From Camelus ferus (taxonomy: Eukaryota): a DNA stretch of 64,000 bases. Shown here one piece after another: positions 25,771 through 39,269 of this stretch. The notes under the pieces are model-generated. The model made no database searches. It was given only the letters and a program-made list of their open reading frames with translations, and had not been told where the DNA came from. Numbering within the stretch: the stretch's first letter is position 1; the number at the start of each line of letters is the position of its first letter. Both the position numbers and the translations under genes were made by a program. The DNA is taken from contig NC_045698.1 in NCBI RefSeq assembly GCF_009834535.1, positions 1,242,001-1,306,000 of the forward strand, read 5' to 3'.

Positions 25771-26354
25771 CACTCACAGGTCAATACATGCTTCTGTGAA
25801 GGGGCAAGATTTAAGCTGCAGAATATCTGAATTTTCTATAAAATGAAGAGCTTTCAAATAAAATGACAGACTTTTGTGGGCAAAGCACCCGAAGGGATTG
25901 GAGAGGCACCCCAGAGCCGTGTGTGGCGTGTCCGCCAAGGAAGCATCCTGCTTCTGGGCGGATGGCCGGAGGCCCGTCCCGTGAAGGCACTGAGACCCCC
26001 TCCGTGGCCTCACAGGAAGGCAGTTCAGTGGGTTTTGACACCAATATTCTACTTATATTTCTAATGTTGCTTTATTTTCTCTTGTTTTCCTTAAACTCTT
26101 TCAAGTCTTTTGGGGAGGCAATTACGATAGGTGTGTATATAAGTAAGAAGGAAATGTTAATGATCACCAGAACCGAGACGTGTGGGTGACGTGGGTGCTT
26201 GGGTCAGGTGCCCAGCACTGACAGTCGAGGTCCCAGAGGCACCCGCTGCCCCTGTCCCCACTGTGTGCCCCTGAGCCACAGCAAGGTGACATGTACGTCT
26301 GCCCCAGGGAGGCCTCGCCTGAGGTTAGTTACAAGGGGGAGTCGAGGAGCCAGT

Positions 26355-26510
26355 TGATCTGGCTTTGAGTTCTGACTCACCATTTTACTGGCAGATCGGA
26401 GACTATGCACGTGTTTTCTCCTCAACTGGACAATAAACAATTGTCCGTGATTGCGGAGCCCTCGTGAGGGTTAAGTGCACAGCTGGCCATGAGCACAATG
26501 CTTGGGGAGC
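26355..26510 (+). mobile_element. MIR SINE remnant
   Basis: 'ggctttgagttctgactcaccattttact...gtgagggttaagtg...gagcacaatgcttgg' resembles the MIR B-box and 3' part. Confidence 0.5.
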
Positions 26511-27262
26511 AGCAATTCCTTACAAAATGTTAGGCATTATTGAATCTGAATTCAGGGTCAACCCCGTGAATTATATAACAGAAGTTCCACTGGTGGGAGG
26601 GAGTGTTCCAGAAGCTGGCTGTTCGCCAGCCGTGCTTTGTGGGGCTGGAGGGGGTGCGGGGCCGTGTGAGTGGTGAGGGCAAGGCCCTCCATCCCCCTGG
26701 AGCACAAGAGGGGTGGGCCCTCCGCTCTCCACCAGTCAGGCCCCCGATCTGTCTACAGGCACATTCTAGAGATAGCGTCATCTCCTTTATTACAAAAAAG
26801 TCCCTATGTCCTTGTTTCTCTACAGAGGACGTGGGTTGGCAGGAACAATTCCATTGGCTTCATCAGAGTTTTTCCCATTTATTACAAGAAAGCCTAGATT
26901 TTCCTAATATTGGAAAAATAAAGACATGTTTATAGTCTTTTCCCTGACACTGCAGCAATCTTTGATTTAGCTTCCCTTCCAGGCACCCTCTGGTGTGTGA
27001 CCCCGCGGAGGAGTCAGGACCACATCCAGCTCCTTCTGGGCAGCGGGTGGCAGGACACATTCCGACACCCACCAGGACCCGTCATAGCTTTTGGTTGGTC
27101 AACTTGCAGCAGGAAGATGTTGCAGCGGGAAGAAGCTACAGGCCCCAGCAAGCCCAGGGAACTATGAAAGACTCTCCAGGAGAACAGGTCCCAGGAATTT
27201 AGCCCCAAACTAGATTTTCCTGGGAGACACTCTCAGCTCTATAGTTGTATGAGGGCGGTTTT

Positions 27263-28107
27263 ATGCTCAGTATCACTAATTATCAGAGAAATGCAAATCA
27301 AAACTACAATGAGGTGTCACCTCACACCAGTCAGAACGGCCATCATTAAAAAGTCTACAAATAATAAATGCTGGACAGAGTGTGGAGAAAAAGGAACCCT
27401 CCTGCACTGCTGGTGGGAATGTAAGTTGGTGCAGCCATTATGGAGGATAGTATGGAGGTTCCTTAAAAAACTAAAAGTAGACTTACTATATGAATAAGCA
27501 ATCCCACTCCTGGGAATATATCCTGAAAAAACTATAATTTGAAAAGGCACATGCACCCCAGTATTCATAGAAGCACTGTTTACAGTAGCCAAGACAAGGA
27601 GACAACTTAGATGTCCATCAACAGATGACTGGATAAAGACAACATGGTGTATTTATACAACAGAATATGAATCAACCATAAAAAAGAATTAAATAATGCC
27701 ATTTGCAGCAACATGGATGGACGTAGAGATGATCATATTAAGTGAAGTCAGTCAGACAAAGACAAATATCATATGATATCACTTACATGTGGAATCTAAA
27801 AAAAGGTGCAAATTTTATTTACAAACCAGAAATAGACTCATGGACATAAAAAACAAACTGTGGCTACCAGAGGGGAAGAGGTTTGGGAGTTTGGGGTTAG
27901 TAGATACACACTACTGTGTATAAAATAGATAAACAACAGAGACCTACTGTGTAGCCCAAGGAACTATATTCAGTTTCTTGCAAGGAACTGTAATGGAAAA
28001 GAATCTGAAAAAGCCATACATGTATATGTATAATGAATCACCTTGTCGTATACATGACACTAACATTGCAAATCAACTACACTTTGATAAAAATAAGAAT
28101 AAAAAAA
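27263..28107 (+). mobile_element. Younger 5'-truncated LINE-1 (ORF2 C-terminus, 3'UTR, A-tail), cetartiodactyl-type
   Basis: Translation '[46 protein letters not shown]' includes the L1 ORF2 CCHC knuckle. The ORF2 end 'tgtggaatctaa' has its TAA at 27797-27799. The 3'UTR contains 'gggagtttggggttagtagatacacactact...aatggaaaagaatctgaaaa', and the A-rich tail ends ~28107. The frame is disrupted. Confidence 0.92.
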
Positions 28108-28114
28108 TACAGAT

Positions 28115-28275
28115 TTTGGAGTAGGAAAGACAAGGTCCTTCTCTTCCACGTGCTGGTCTGTGACTTAAGGAAAGTTCCTTACACTCCTTGAGACTCAGCA
28201 CACTTATTTCAAAAATACAGAGTGAACAACCACCTCCTGTGGCCTCTGTGACGAGGAAACTATCAACTCAGGTGA
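28115..28275 (+). mobile_element. MIR SINE remnant
   Basis: 'ctgtgacttaaggaaagttccttacactccttgagactcag...aaaaatacagagtgaacaaccacctcct' resembles the MIR core. Confidence 0.55.
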
Positions 28276-30519
28276 AGCCATCACCAGAGCACTTGTCCCC
28301 CTGCCGTGATCTGTGAAGACGGGGGCTTGAGTATAAACTGGGGCTCCATGCTCCTCCCAAGGGCCCACTTGACTAGGATGCGTCCTCGGACACACACACG
28401 CACACTTACACACTCACATGCGCACTCCAGAACACACGTAAACACAATACAGGTCTTGAACAGAAACAGAACATTGTTGAAATTCTCTCAAGTAGTGGCA
28501 GAGGCCGAAGTTCTATCCCATGAGACTCAACAAAACATATTTCCACGCCCTTCTCTGCTCTGGGTCCCAGGCTCCCAGCTGCCTCCCTCTGGAAGCTTTC
28601 CTGATTCATTCTCCAACAGGGGCAACCCTACACTGTCCTGTGCAGAACAACCTTCTACCTTCCTCTGACCTCTCCCGCGTAGAGTTCTATACACCCATCC
28701 AAGAAGGAAAATGAGAAAAATCTGCAAGCCCCTCGCTAGGAGGTGAGGGGAGAGGGAACTCTAAAAGCTTTTCATATTTCCATGCCTGACTCTGTGACTA
28801 TCATGATAAAACACAAATGTTCTTTCAGAATACTGATAACCCATGCCAATTTCTGAAATATTTTCCCTATAATTTCATGGGAGAAAATTCTGTGGCTTGT
28901 CAACGCCACGTCATAAATCTCCATCCATATGTTTCTGGTTGCTTCTCTGTTTGTTTGCTTCTTTGTTGGTTTTCCACTGAAGTGGGCGAGCCCAGGACAG
29001 AGGACCCAGCCCATGCCCCGGGGGCTCAGGATTCCCACATGTACACAGAAGACGTTCCCCGTTCCTGACTGAAAGATAAAAGCCTACTGCATGCGGTGGC
29101 AAATGTTCATTTAAATGACCGAAAATCTCATTAAGTAAGAGGCTCATCCCTTTAGAATCTGATGACTCTCTCATTTTTTGTGTGACCTTTTATATTCGGA
29201 CGCTGAGACATGGTAAGGTCCCCCAGGGACAGGCTACTGTTTCTCTACATCTCCTGGTTCTTTAGAAAAAATCGCAAATGGTTAAAGCTCTGCATCTGGG
29301 TTGTACTTTCCATTCCCGATAATCGCCAAAGTATGTGCTATCAAATATTTCCAGCAGAGTCATGCATAAAGCATATGACTCAACGAGCACGAGCTGTCCA
29401 TTTGTGCTGCTCCGGACGCAGTTTGGCCCGTTAAGGAATTAGGAATGAGATTTCAGGAGAAGCCAAAGGCACACTTGTTTATGATAAATATTTCAAGGAT
29501 CAGTCATAAAACGCGGCCCACCCGGTCTGCGCCTGGGGTGACCGGATTCCCGCCTTCTCCCCGCCTCTGCCCCAGGTGCCGGCACCCAGGTTCACAGGGA
29601 ACTGCAACGCGTTTTCTTGCCTGCAAATCTCTGCAGTGAATAGGGGGGAACCCTTCTGTGACACTGGAATTTAGGGTGAGGGGATTGGAAAGGAACACGG
29701 CTCTTGCAGCCCAGAGCTCATTATTTGGGGAGCTGGAAACAGCCCAGACACCTCCCGGCAAGTCTGCGAGACGGGCCATGCCTGGGTGCCCCAGGGCGTC
29801 TCAGCACGTGGCCACGCCATGCCACCCCTCCACACAGTTGGGTCTTTCTTTCAGCGCCCCGCCCTAGAGATACACGGTATGAAGCTGGATTTTACGCATT
29901 GAGTTTACTTAACTTCTATAAGATTCACTTCAAGATAAAACAGTTTCTTTTACACTTAGCGAAGTATGTATTGACATTCATTTGGAGTCCTGTTTTCAGC
30001 AGATTGCTTTATTCCCCCAGAGGAGAGCATTTGCATTTTGGATTAGAGGGAGATTTTGTCATATTTGAAGTCCCTTTAATCATAATAGAACATGTTGGAA
30101 TGGTGTTGAACACGCTTATAAAAAATACATGTATTTGCATTGGCGAGAAGCCTTCTAGAAAACGCCAAGAGTTTCCAGGCACTTTTCAGATGCTCCAGAT
30201 AACACATGATCGTTTCGCTGTTTCCATAAGCAGCTGGATTGCCTTAACTCATTCTGTATCGAGAAACGCAGGCAGGATAAAGTTGTGCCATGTACTGCGG
30301 TTTCCTCTCATTTACTGGCTTGCCCTAAATGTTGCTGTTAGACGCTCACAGGATGATAGGCTGTTGAAGGAAACATAGATATCATTTCTTCTACTTCGAG
30401 GAAAAGCAACTGTAAACTTTCCCAGAATAATGAATAAAAACACATCCTGCTTTTCAATACCATCACAAATCAAGAGATAAAACCTTGGAATTGTAAATTT
30501 GCTAGTGACAAGTTCTTCC

Positions 30520-31380
30520 CGTTTTCTGTCTTCTGAGAGTGTCTTCATTTCCCCGTCACTCCTGAAGCGCAGCTTCGCTGGTTAGAGACGTCACAGCTCG
30601 ACTGTTCTTTACACACAGCCGCTGAGTGCCGTGCCACTTCCTTCCGGCCGCCGCGGCTCAGGGTGCAGAGTCCGCCGTCACTCACGCGCGTACTCCTGGC
30701 GGTCCACGTTCAGAAGTTTAATTGTGGTATGTTTGCCTGCTTTTGTTTCTGATTTATCCAGTTTGGAGTTTGCATGTCGTGTTGTTTGTGTAGGGTCATG
30801 TCTTTCACCAAATTTAGGGCATTTCCGGCTGTGATTTCTTCAAACGCTGCTTTAGCCTCACGCGTCCTCCCCGGAGAGGAGATCCCCGTGACAGGGCTGT
30901 GGGACCCTTGGTTACCATCGTGCTGGTCCGTGAGGCTCTCCTCTTCCCCCGTCTACCTCCTTCCCGTTGTTCAGGTCGGGTAAACGCCCCTGATCTTCCT
31001 CAGGTTTGCTGACTACGTCCCCATCGGCGCCACGTGCCTGCTGAGCCCGTCCAGGCAGGTCCCAGTGGTTAGATCTCTCAGGTCTACAATTTCCACTTGG
31101 CTGTTCTTGTAACTTCTGTTTCTTTGCTGTGATTTTCTTTCACTTGTTCTAAGGCCATTTGCAGTTGGCTGTCGAAGAACCTTCGCGGCAGCTGCTTGGA
31201 GACCCGTGGCGGGTAACTCCAGCACCGAGCCGCTCTGGCTGCCGCCAGCCGTTGTCTCTTCCCATTCCAGCCGGCTGTTTTGTTTCTCGGTGTCTTGGTG
31301 GTTTTCTACCTGACATTCTGTCTGCTTTGTTAGGAGAGACTGAACGCTACCTAACGTTCTGTTTCAACGAGCAGCCACGC
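30520..31380 (-). mobile_element. Antisense decayed L1 ORF1/5' region
   Basis: T-rich strand with 'gtctttcaccaaatttagggcatttccggctgtgatttcttcaaa' and 'tctacaatttccacttggctgttcttgtaacttctgtttctttgctg', which resemble reverse-complemented L1 ORF1 motifs. Confidence 0.7.
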
Positions 31381-32404
31381 TGTGTGGGCTGTGGTTCCAG
31401 TGGTGGTTTATTTTTGTGGCCTCTGTCTTGCTGTTCGGTCAGCTGGGTGTAAGCGGCACTGCATGCTCGCAGCGGCCCCTGCGGGCACCGGCCGAGAGGG
31501 CAGTCCGGGGTCCTGCCAGGGCCCCCGGTGTCTCCCGTTGGTTAGAGCATCCTCGGGCCCGGGAGGGAGGAGCCCTCCCTGGATGGCACTTGTCACGAGG
31601 GATGTCCATGAGTGTCTCTGGCTGCCTCAGTGTCTCTGAACAGGGGAGGGGGCTCCAGCCCCAGCTCAGCGTGGAGGATGGTGAAGCAGACGAGTCTCTC
31701 TAGTGGAGGGTGAACAGGGGCCAGGCCCACAGCAAGAACCACGGCGGGGCGGGAACTTCAGCAGACACGCTGGGGGGGGCCGGGCCGGCGGCCGGGGTGT
31801 TTCCACTGGTACTGGGATGTCCCAGTGCCGGGAGGGCGGCAGGGCAGCAGGTGCCAGGGGGGCGGGAGGACGAGCTGGCTCTGCACCCCCTCTCTCCTGT
31901 CCTGTGTGGGGCTTCTTCACTGAAGGACTGTTTGTGCCGGCGGGTGGTGTTTTAATGCACCTGCGTTTTTCCTTTAGCACAGATTCCATGAGAAACTGAA
32001 GTCAAACTAAATCCCACTGTGGTATTTCCTCACCTTTTAAATTAGTAGAAAGCCCACAGGCTGAGGGCATGTTTGACAGGTAGCTTTATTCATCTTTGGG
32101 CAGAAAGTAGGCAAAACGCCTGAAGGGACAGCCGGGGCCAACGCTGTCCTCACCAGTGAGGCGGCTCAGAGCTGGGACCCTGTCCTCGTCCCCCCTGCTC
32201 ACGGGGGGAGCAGACGTCACGCCACAGGCTCCAGAAGTTAGTCTGACTCCCCAGCAGCACTGTGGGCCCCCAGTTTGTGGAAGAGACCCCAGAGACGGGA
32301 AAAGAGGTGGCCGTGGCCGCAGGGACCCCACAGCGTGCTTCAAGTCGGGGGAACGCCATCCAGTTTTCAGGGAAAGTTTAAGATTCAGATCAATTCTGCA
32401 TTAA

Positions 32405-32930
32405 AAAATTGACTCCATTTTTAAAAACAGTTTTGGATTTTACAGAAAACCTTAGCAGAAAGTACAGAAAGTTCTCAGGTGCCCTCGTCCCCGCTCTGAC
32501 TTCCCCCGTGGGTGACGCCTTGCTGCGGTGCAGGGCCGCTGCGACAGCTACGAACCCATGTTAGCGCGTTATCACTCACCGAAGCTCCCTGGGGTCGCCG
32601 CTGTCTGCTGTGCCTTCCACGGGCTTTGGCAAATGGGTGGTATTGTGTCCGCCGCTGTACTGTCTCACAGAGCAGGGTCATGGCCCTAAAGGTCCCTTGC
32701 GCTCTCCATGCTCACCCCTCCTGCCCCCTGAACCCTGGCCACCTCTGGTCTCCTCATGTCTCCACAGTTTCGCCTTTTCCAGACTGTTGCACAGGGAGTG
32801 GTCCTTTCAGATCGGCTTACTTCCCTCAGTCATGTGCATTAAGATTCCTCCGTGTCTTGTTGTGGCTTGGAAGGTCATTTCTTTTTAGCTGAATAATATT
32901 CCACTGCCTGGATGGACCACAGCTTATACG
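32405..32930 (-). mobile_element. Antisense L1 3' end (L1MB/MC-like)
   Basis: 'cagttttggattttacagaaaaccttagcagaaagtacagaaagttctc', 'ccacagtttcgccttttccaga' and 'tttttagctgaataatattccactgcctggatggaccacag'. Confidence 0.8.
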
Positions 32931-35900
32931 CCTGGTCCCCGACTGAGGGGTATGCATCCTGCCCCGTCGGTGTTTCTGGAGGAAGAGCATGCGGTTAAGA
33001 GACACTGTGTATTTTTGAGGGATGGAAACTTTGGAGTCCCTGGGCTTTGGTTTCTATGAGCCTAAGTTTTCCAAGGTGCGACTGAACTGTGCAGAAGAGT
33101 CAGAAACTAAAAGGAGCAAATATTTATGAACAGCTTTTAGCTCTGCTGATCACTTACTTGAGTTGCGGGTTAGGTCAATGAGCAGGTCAAATGAATACTC
33201 ACATTTTCCGTTTTTGACAGATATGTGGTTTGACTCCTTAACGGCCACAATAAAGGTAAATATGACATTCAGTTGTAAACACCTGCCACATGACACAAAC
33301 ACAGACACATGACAGTCTTGAACAGGGATTTGCCTGAGGGCACCCCTGCCTTCCCAGGTCTCACCCGACAGCCCCTGAAAGGATGGAGCCATCGCCCCCG
33401 TTACAGCCGGTCTAGAGGGGGGTGGGGAGAATGGGGACCAAGACCCAGAAACACGGACGCTCAGGAGATGGACGTCGTACAAGGTGCTGCTTTGTCCTTG
33501 ACCTCTGTAGTTCTTACTTTTAAAAACTTTAAACTCCACCTTGTCTGACAGCACAGTCTGAGCCTTACCTTGAAATACATAGACTTAAACAACGTGGTCA
33601 CTTGTTGGTACAAACGATGGTAACACAGCTTTTCCCCTTCCGTGCGCAACCACACAGGTGCGGCCGGCTTGGTCGCCTCTGATGCCAAGGGTGCCTTCGC
33701 CGCTCTGTTTCAGAGGCAGGATTTTTTCCAAGAACTTTGTTACCTAAAAAAACAATAATCCTTTGCACGAAGTGAGACCTCATGAACGGTGGACGTTACG
33801 TTCCTTCTGTGCCTCAATAGAAGAACGGAAACCCGCTGTGCAGCAGAGCGGGCCGGCTGCAGGGCGTGTGGGCGCAGCATCCAGGCAGCAGGGCCCGGCT
33901 CCGTCAGCCACCCTCAGACGGCACCCGTCAGGGCGGGTTGCAACTGGCACCGACGCCGTGCGACGCGTGTTTAGGGACACTTCCAGCCACACTTGGAAAG
34001 TTTGGCAGATGGTGTCTCCTCCCATTGAGGCTTTTTTTGTAATTTTTTTTCCTGAAACTCCAGCTCCAGGCCCGCCCCCTCCCCCACTGGCAGATACCTT
34101 TTGTGTCACTAGATCTCATCAGCGGCGCGTTAAACAAGAGAGGCCCTAATGTGCGAGGCGTCGGGGCAAGGGGAGCCACCATACATCACCTGCGTAAGCA
34201 ACTCGGACGCCCCCGTTACAGAGCCCGGCCTGGCTTTTATCTGGCTGTGACATCATTTCAATCACAATGTAAAATAATACAAGCCAATCGTTGCAAGAGG
34301 GGGAACGCGGACACAGCCGGCTGCACTTGGTCACTTAATAGAAGGAGGCGAGGAAGGCGGTGGCCCTGCGACACCGGCGAGGGTGGCGCCCTGGAGCGCG
34401 CTGCCCGCTGGAGCCCAGGGCGGGGCGCCCATCACTGCGTGGCGGTGGCGGGAGCTGCTGTGGGGGACACAGCCTCCCGCGCTCCTTCCCTTTGTTCGTT
34501 TAATTAACCAAAGCGTGAATTCCCCTATTGGCGCTTCCTCCTCCAAGCCTCCATCGCTTTGCCCCCTCCGAGCAGGGATTTTATTCATTTCCTTTGTCTC
34601 CTTTGAATTTTTTTTTTAACGGTGATGTTTTTCAAAACTGTCAAATCATCATGAGAAGAAAAACAGAATTCTAGGGCAAGTGCACGGTCGCAACTGCTCA
34701 CTCTGTGGAAACAGTCGTGGGCGCGTCTCCCCCTCGCAGCACTTTTGTACCGAAGTTTCCCCTTCAATTTCGAGACTTTGCAGTCCTGGGGGGAGGGACG
34801 GGGCACGTCCCCTGCTTTGTGTCAGGGTGATCAACACGGTAATAACCAGTGCTCCCACTGAGCCTGAGGGCGGAGGGAGAGGCGGAGGCCGCGCTGCAGC
34901 GGGAAGGACCCGCGCGCGCTCCCGTGCCGCCCGTCCCCCGGGCCCTGAGCCTCCTGGACCCGGACCCTGAACTGCAAACAGCCTGTTTCAGGTTGTCAGT
35001 GAGTTGATGGTTTCCCCTTGAACTGTACTCAGTTCATAGCGATCAATCCTTTTCGAAAGGAAATAATCCATTTTCCGTCAATGTTTTTGATCAGCTGCAC
35101 ACAAACGGGCTTAAATGAGCCCTAAAATCAGGTCATGTGACGGGACCTCTTGGAGGCATCTGTGCGCTCTTCCAGGAGGACTGCAGGGCTGTGGCACTGC
35201 GGCTCCGGGATGAGTGCATTTCGTTTCCCTGGCAGAAGAGAGACAGGTGCACTCCCGCCACCTCCCCGGCCTCAGGAAGTGCACAGCATGGGCAGAACAC
35301 TGGTGTCTCTGTCATGGAAGTTACGGAACAGCGAGCTCCGTTATGACCGGGAGTAGAACGAGGAGTCAGGAGACTGGGTGACCTGCACAAGAGGAAGTGA
35401 AGTGGGGCCTCCAACCGCGGCTCCAGGCTGGAGACAAGGCTCCCCACTGGGAGGGGCTGGGCTGCCCCACCAACCTTGCTCCGGGAGGCACCACCCCTGG
35501 TCTCTGGTGACTCTCACCCACGATGGGGAGGGGTGGAGACTTGGGAGGAGGCTGGCCTCCATGTGCACGGATGCTCTCTGGCTTTCTGCCCCACCCCTGC
35601 CTGTCGGGGAGGAGTGCTCCCTGACCCCCCACAGATCCAGGGCCTCCAAGGACAGCGTTCGTGGGACTGGGGCTCTTATCGGGGGCTCGGACTGAGTGGT
35701 GGGGGGCTGGTCTTTGTGCTGCTGCCCAAGGGTCTGAGGAGGATGCTCTGAGACCATTCTTAGGACCCCCTGAAGTGCCACGCGAGACTCTGTGGGTGGG
35801 TGGCCACAGAGACTCTGCCCGGGAGCTCCCGGAGGGCAGGTGGCTGGAAACCGTGGCAGCGGGTGAGGCCGAGGGCCCGGCAGCCTGGCTGGGGTGCTGA

Positions 35901-38900
35901 GTCTCCGTGGCAGTGGCGGTTGTGGAGGGGTGGGCTCGAGCCGTCCTGACCAGCAGCCCCTCCTGCCTGGTGGACACACTGAGGGGTGTTTGGGTTCCCA
36001 GCACGATGTCTGTCCACAGTCACCCTCGTGCTTGGATATCCGCCTCTTGTGATGGGATGTGAACACCCATCGTGTACACCCCACGCTGAGTCTGGGCTGG
36101 TCCCCTGTGTGTGTTTGGGCAACAGAACCTGGCAGGGTGATTGTGAGACAATCCCGGGCCCAGGACCCTGCTGGCTGACTTGAGATCATCGTGTGAACCA
36201 GCCTGAGCTGGCCTGGTGGGTGAAGACAGGCCCATGGCCCTGCTGACAGCCGGCTGCCCTCCTGACAGGTGACCGGGGCCACCCCAGGCCCAGCAGAGGT
36301 CAGCCCGGCCCATGTCTGCAGACCCGCAGAGCTGACCGGTTACCTCATGAGCCCTTGGGAACCTACCGCCTGAGTCGCAGAGCACGGGGTGGGTGTGACG
36401 CAGCCAGAGGTGGCCGGCATGGTCTGTCCCAGAGTGCGGCCCCCTCTGCATCGGGACAAGGAAAAGGGGCTCCCTGTGGAGACGGTCCTTCCCACAGGCA
36501 CACCCACGAAAGCAGATGACCGGTGACCTGGGACAGACCCAGCACCACAGGCCCTGAAGGCTGGACCCTGGGAGAGGAAGTGCGAGAAACTAAAGCCCTA
36601 CGGGGGCCCGTCCCACTGCAGGGCTGAGCTGCGGGTCAGACCTGAGGCGGAGGGAGGCGAGGGTCTGAGCCGTGTGAGACCCTGAGGCTTTGACTCAGTC
36701 AGGCTGGAGGTCTTCATATGATAAATGAGCATCACTTGGAACCAGGGACCGGGAGCCCAGGGATTTGGCCAAGGTGCCTGGGAGGCCGGTATGGAGTCCA
36801 GGGCCTGGCTTGGGGTGACACGTGACCAAAGGGTCCCCATGTGCCCCCGCCTCAATAAATCAGCCCCACGGATTTCAGAGGTGGGTGTGGCGGGAGGCCC
36901 CTGAAGGGCGTGTGGGCCTGCTGGCGGGCTCTCTGAACACGGGCGTGGCACTGAGGCTTCATTCGGGATCAGAGGAAGCACCTGGAGGTCTCTGGGAGCA
37001 AAGACGGGATAAGATTGTATTTCGGAAGCTTGAACTCTGTGACAGCTCATCGTGTCTCAGGACAGACCCCCATGTCCTCCTCCTGCCTCTTGTCTGTAGA
37101 AAACCTTAGCTCTCTAGGCTTCCTCGAGTTCCAAAGAATAAATTTAATCAGAGAAGTGAGAAAATGCAGGAAAAAAACAGTCAAGCAAGACAAACTAGTC
37201 ATAGCTCAGCCGCTAAACAAAGTCAAGGACTCTCAGCTCCTCCTCAAGGGCTGTGGGCAATGCTCCGAGCCTCGTCCTTTGAGCTGTTCTGCAGACACCG
37301 AGGCCCCCACCCGGGGGAAGAGGCTGACTGCGTGCTGCCCCCCCACACGTGGAACCAGATCAGCTGGAACCAGAAGGGGGATGATGCTGACGCCCGGTGA
37401 CCTCCCCACCGACCACTCAGAACAGCGTCCACGAGCTGACCACGCCCCCCACAGCCCCTCCCTCCCCCATCTTTAGACCCTCCCCTGAGAGCGGTGGGGA
37501 GTTCAGGCCCTTTGAGCTCCAGCTGCCTGGACCCCTTGCTGGGCGCCTGCAGTAAACACTGCACTTCCCCTCACCACCACCTGGGGGCAGGAGGTTGGCG
37601 TTGCTGTGCGTGGGTAAGTGGCTCCAAGTTCCACTCAGTAACAAAACCACTAAGACACAGGGTGGCAGCTACCTGGAGCTGAGGGGGAGGCAGGTGTGAA
37701 GACTTGAGAGAGAACTGCTGGGACCACCACCTCCGTCTTCCTGTTTTCATCCCTGGACAGAAGCAGTGTTGCCTAATAGAGAACCAGCAGGGAAACAGAA
37801 TCGAGGCACAGTCTTACTTCACACCCTCAAACAGAAGACTCAGGTCAGAATGCCTGCAATCTGCTGCCTTACTTCTCATTCAGGTTCCAGAACAAACTGC
37901 ACTGCTGACGTCTGGACAGCGCGTGCTCAGGGAACGGTGCAGTTTACAGGAAAGAGCTGCAGTAAAACAGAATGAGAAGCACTGAAATGGACTGCGTGCT
38001 GCGAGCTCCCCCGCGGGGAGGTGGCAGGCCCGCTCTGCTGGCACTTTGACGTGTGTTGTTTCACGGGAATCTTGTGACAGCCCAGCGGGGAGCCACGTGG
38101 GGCCCGTGCTTATGGCTGGGAGAGGTCGGAGCGCTAGGCCTCAGGCAGACTGTCCAGAGCCGGACAGAAGTGCCCACTCGGCATCCGCCCAGCTGCTGAG
38201 ACACCATCAAGGCCCCTGTGCTGCACACGAGGTTTGAAATGTTGACTTATTTACCAAATACTTGGCAAATGTTCTCTTTCTTTTCTGCTTCAAAAAATGT
38301 CATTAAAAGGGATTGGGCTCTGAGTAAAAATAACAGCTCACTTTGGAGTTTGAATACCTGGGGACTGTCGCAGCACATTGAAACTTTCTCCCTCCCTCTG
38401 TAGTCGCCCCTCCTTCGGCTCAGCCTTTCCCAGCGCCGCGGTACACTCAGGGAGCACGGCAGGGAGGGCAGACGAGCAGGCAGTGGAAGCGGTTACCGTG
38501 CACGCCGTGTGAGATGTGGTCTCATGGGCCATGATCATGTGATTCATGGAGGTCACAGGACACGCTGGTGCTTAAACACCACAAACCACACATCAGAGGT
38601 GCCTACTCTTACGAGAGTTTCTCTCCTCCAGCCCTGTCACTGGGACTTCTCGCCAGATGTTTCCCTGATAAGGATGCTGGCTTTTCGCCACCTTTTCCCC
38701 TGTGTTGCAGGGCAGGCACCAGCCTGCCTCCTTGACCTCATCCAGTGCTCCTTCTGGGCTTCCGTCCCATCAAAGCCCGGGGGCCCCGCCTTCTCTCTCC
38801 ATCTCTCTTGAGCCTCCCGGTCGGGCTCCTTCTCGTCTTGCTCAGGCAGCAGCATATTCTGCGGCCACTCCTTTGGCCACTGAGTCTGCATTTTATCCAC

Positions 38901-39269
38901 AGTAGCAGCAGCACCTCCCACACGGCCGGACTCTCCCTCCTGTCTGGAAACTTCTTCTGCTGGCTCCCAGGAGCCCCCATCATTCACTGATGTGTTCAGC
39001 CAGTGTTTACTGAACTTCCACCTGTGTATCCACACCATGCAGGAAGCAAACCCAAACTGCAACCCTGCTGGGCTCTGGTTCCAGGTGGGGAGGCAGATAC
39101 CAAATCAGACAAGGAAGCTGTGGCATGTGTTGGGAGGGGACGGAGGTGGGTAGACATGGCACCAGGGACAGAGCTGCCCTGACCTCTGCTCTCCTCTCCT
39201 TACTGGCAATGTCAACTGCTTCTGGATTTTGGAGGCTCCCAGCCTCACCCTCGATGGTTTCAGCCCTTC

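Noticed and set aside
27249..27497. 82-aa ORF with a CCHC motif as a host gene
   Set aside because: It is the C-terminus of a truncated, disrupted L1 ORF2.
29704..30378. 224-aa ORF on the plus strand
   Set aside because: Non-ATG start and no recognisable protein family. It spans a GC-rich/AT-rich boundary, which suggests chance.
35341..36282. 313-aa ORF on the minus strand
   Set aside because: Same chance-ORF signature, with no homology or exon structure evident.
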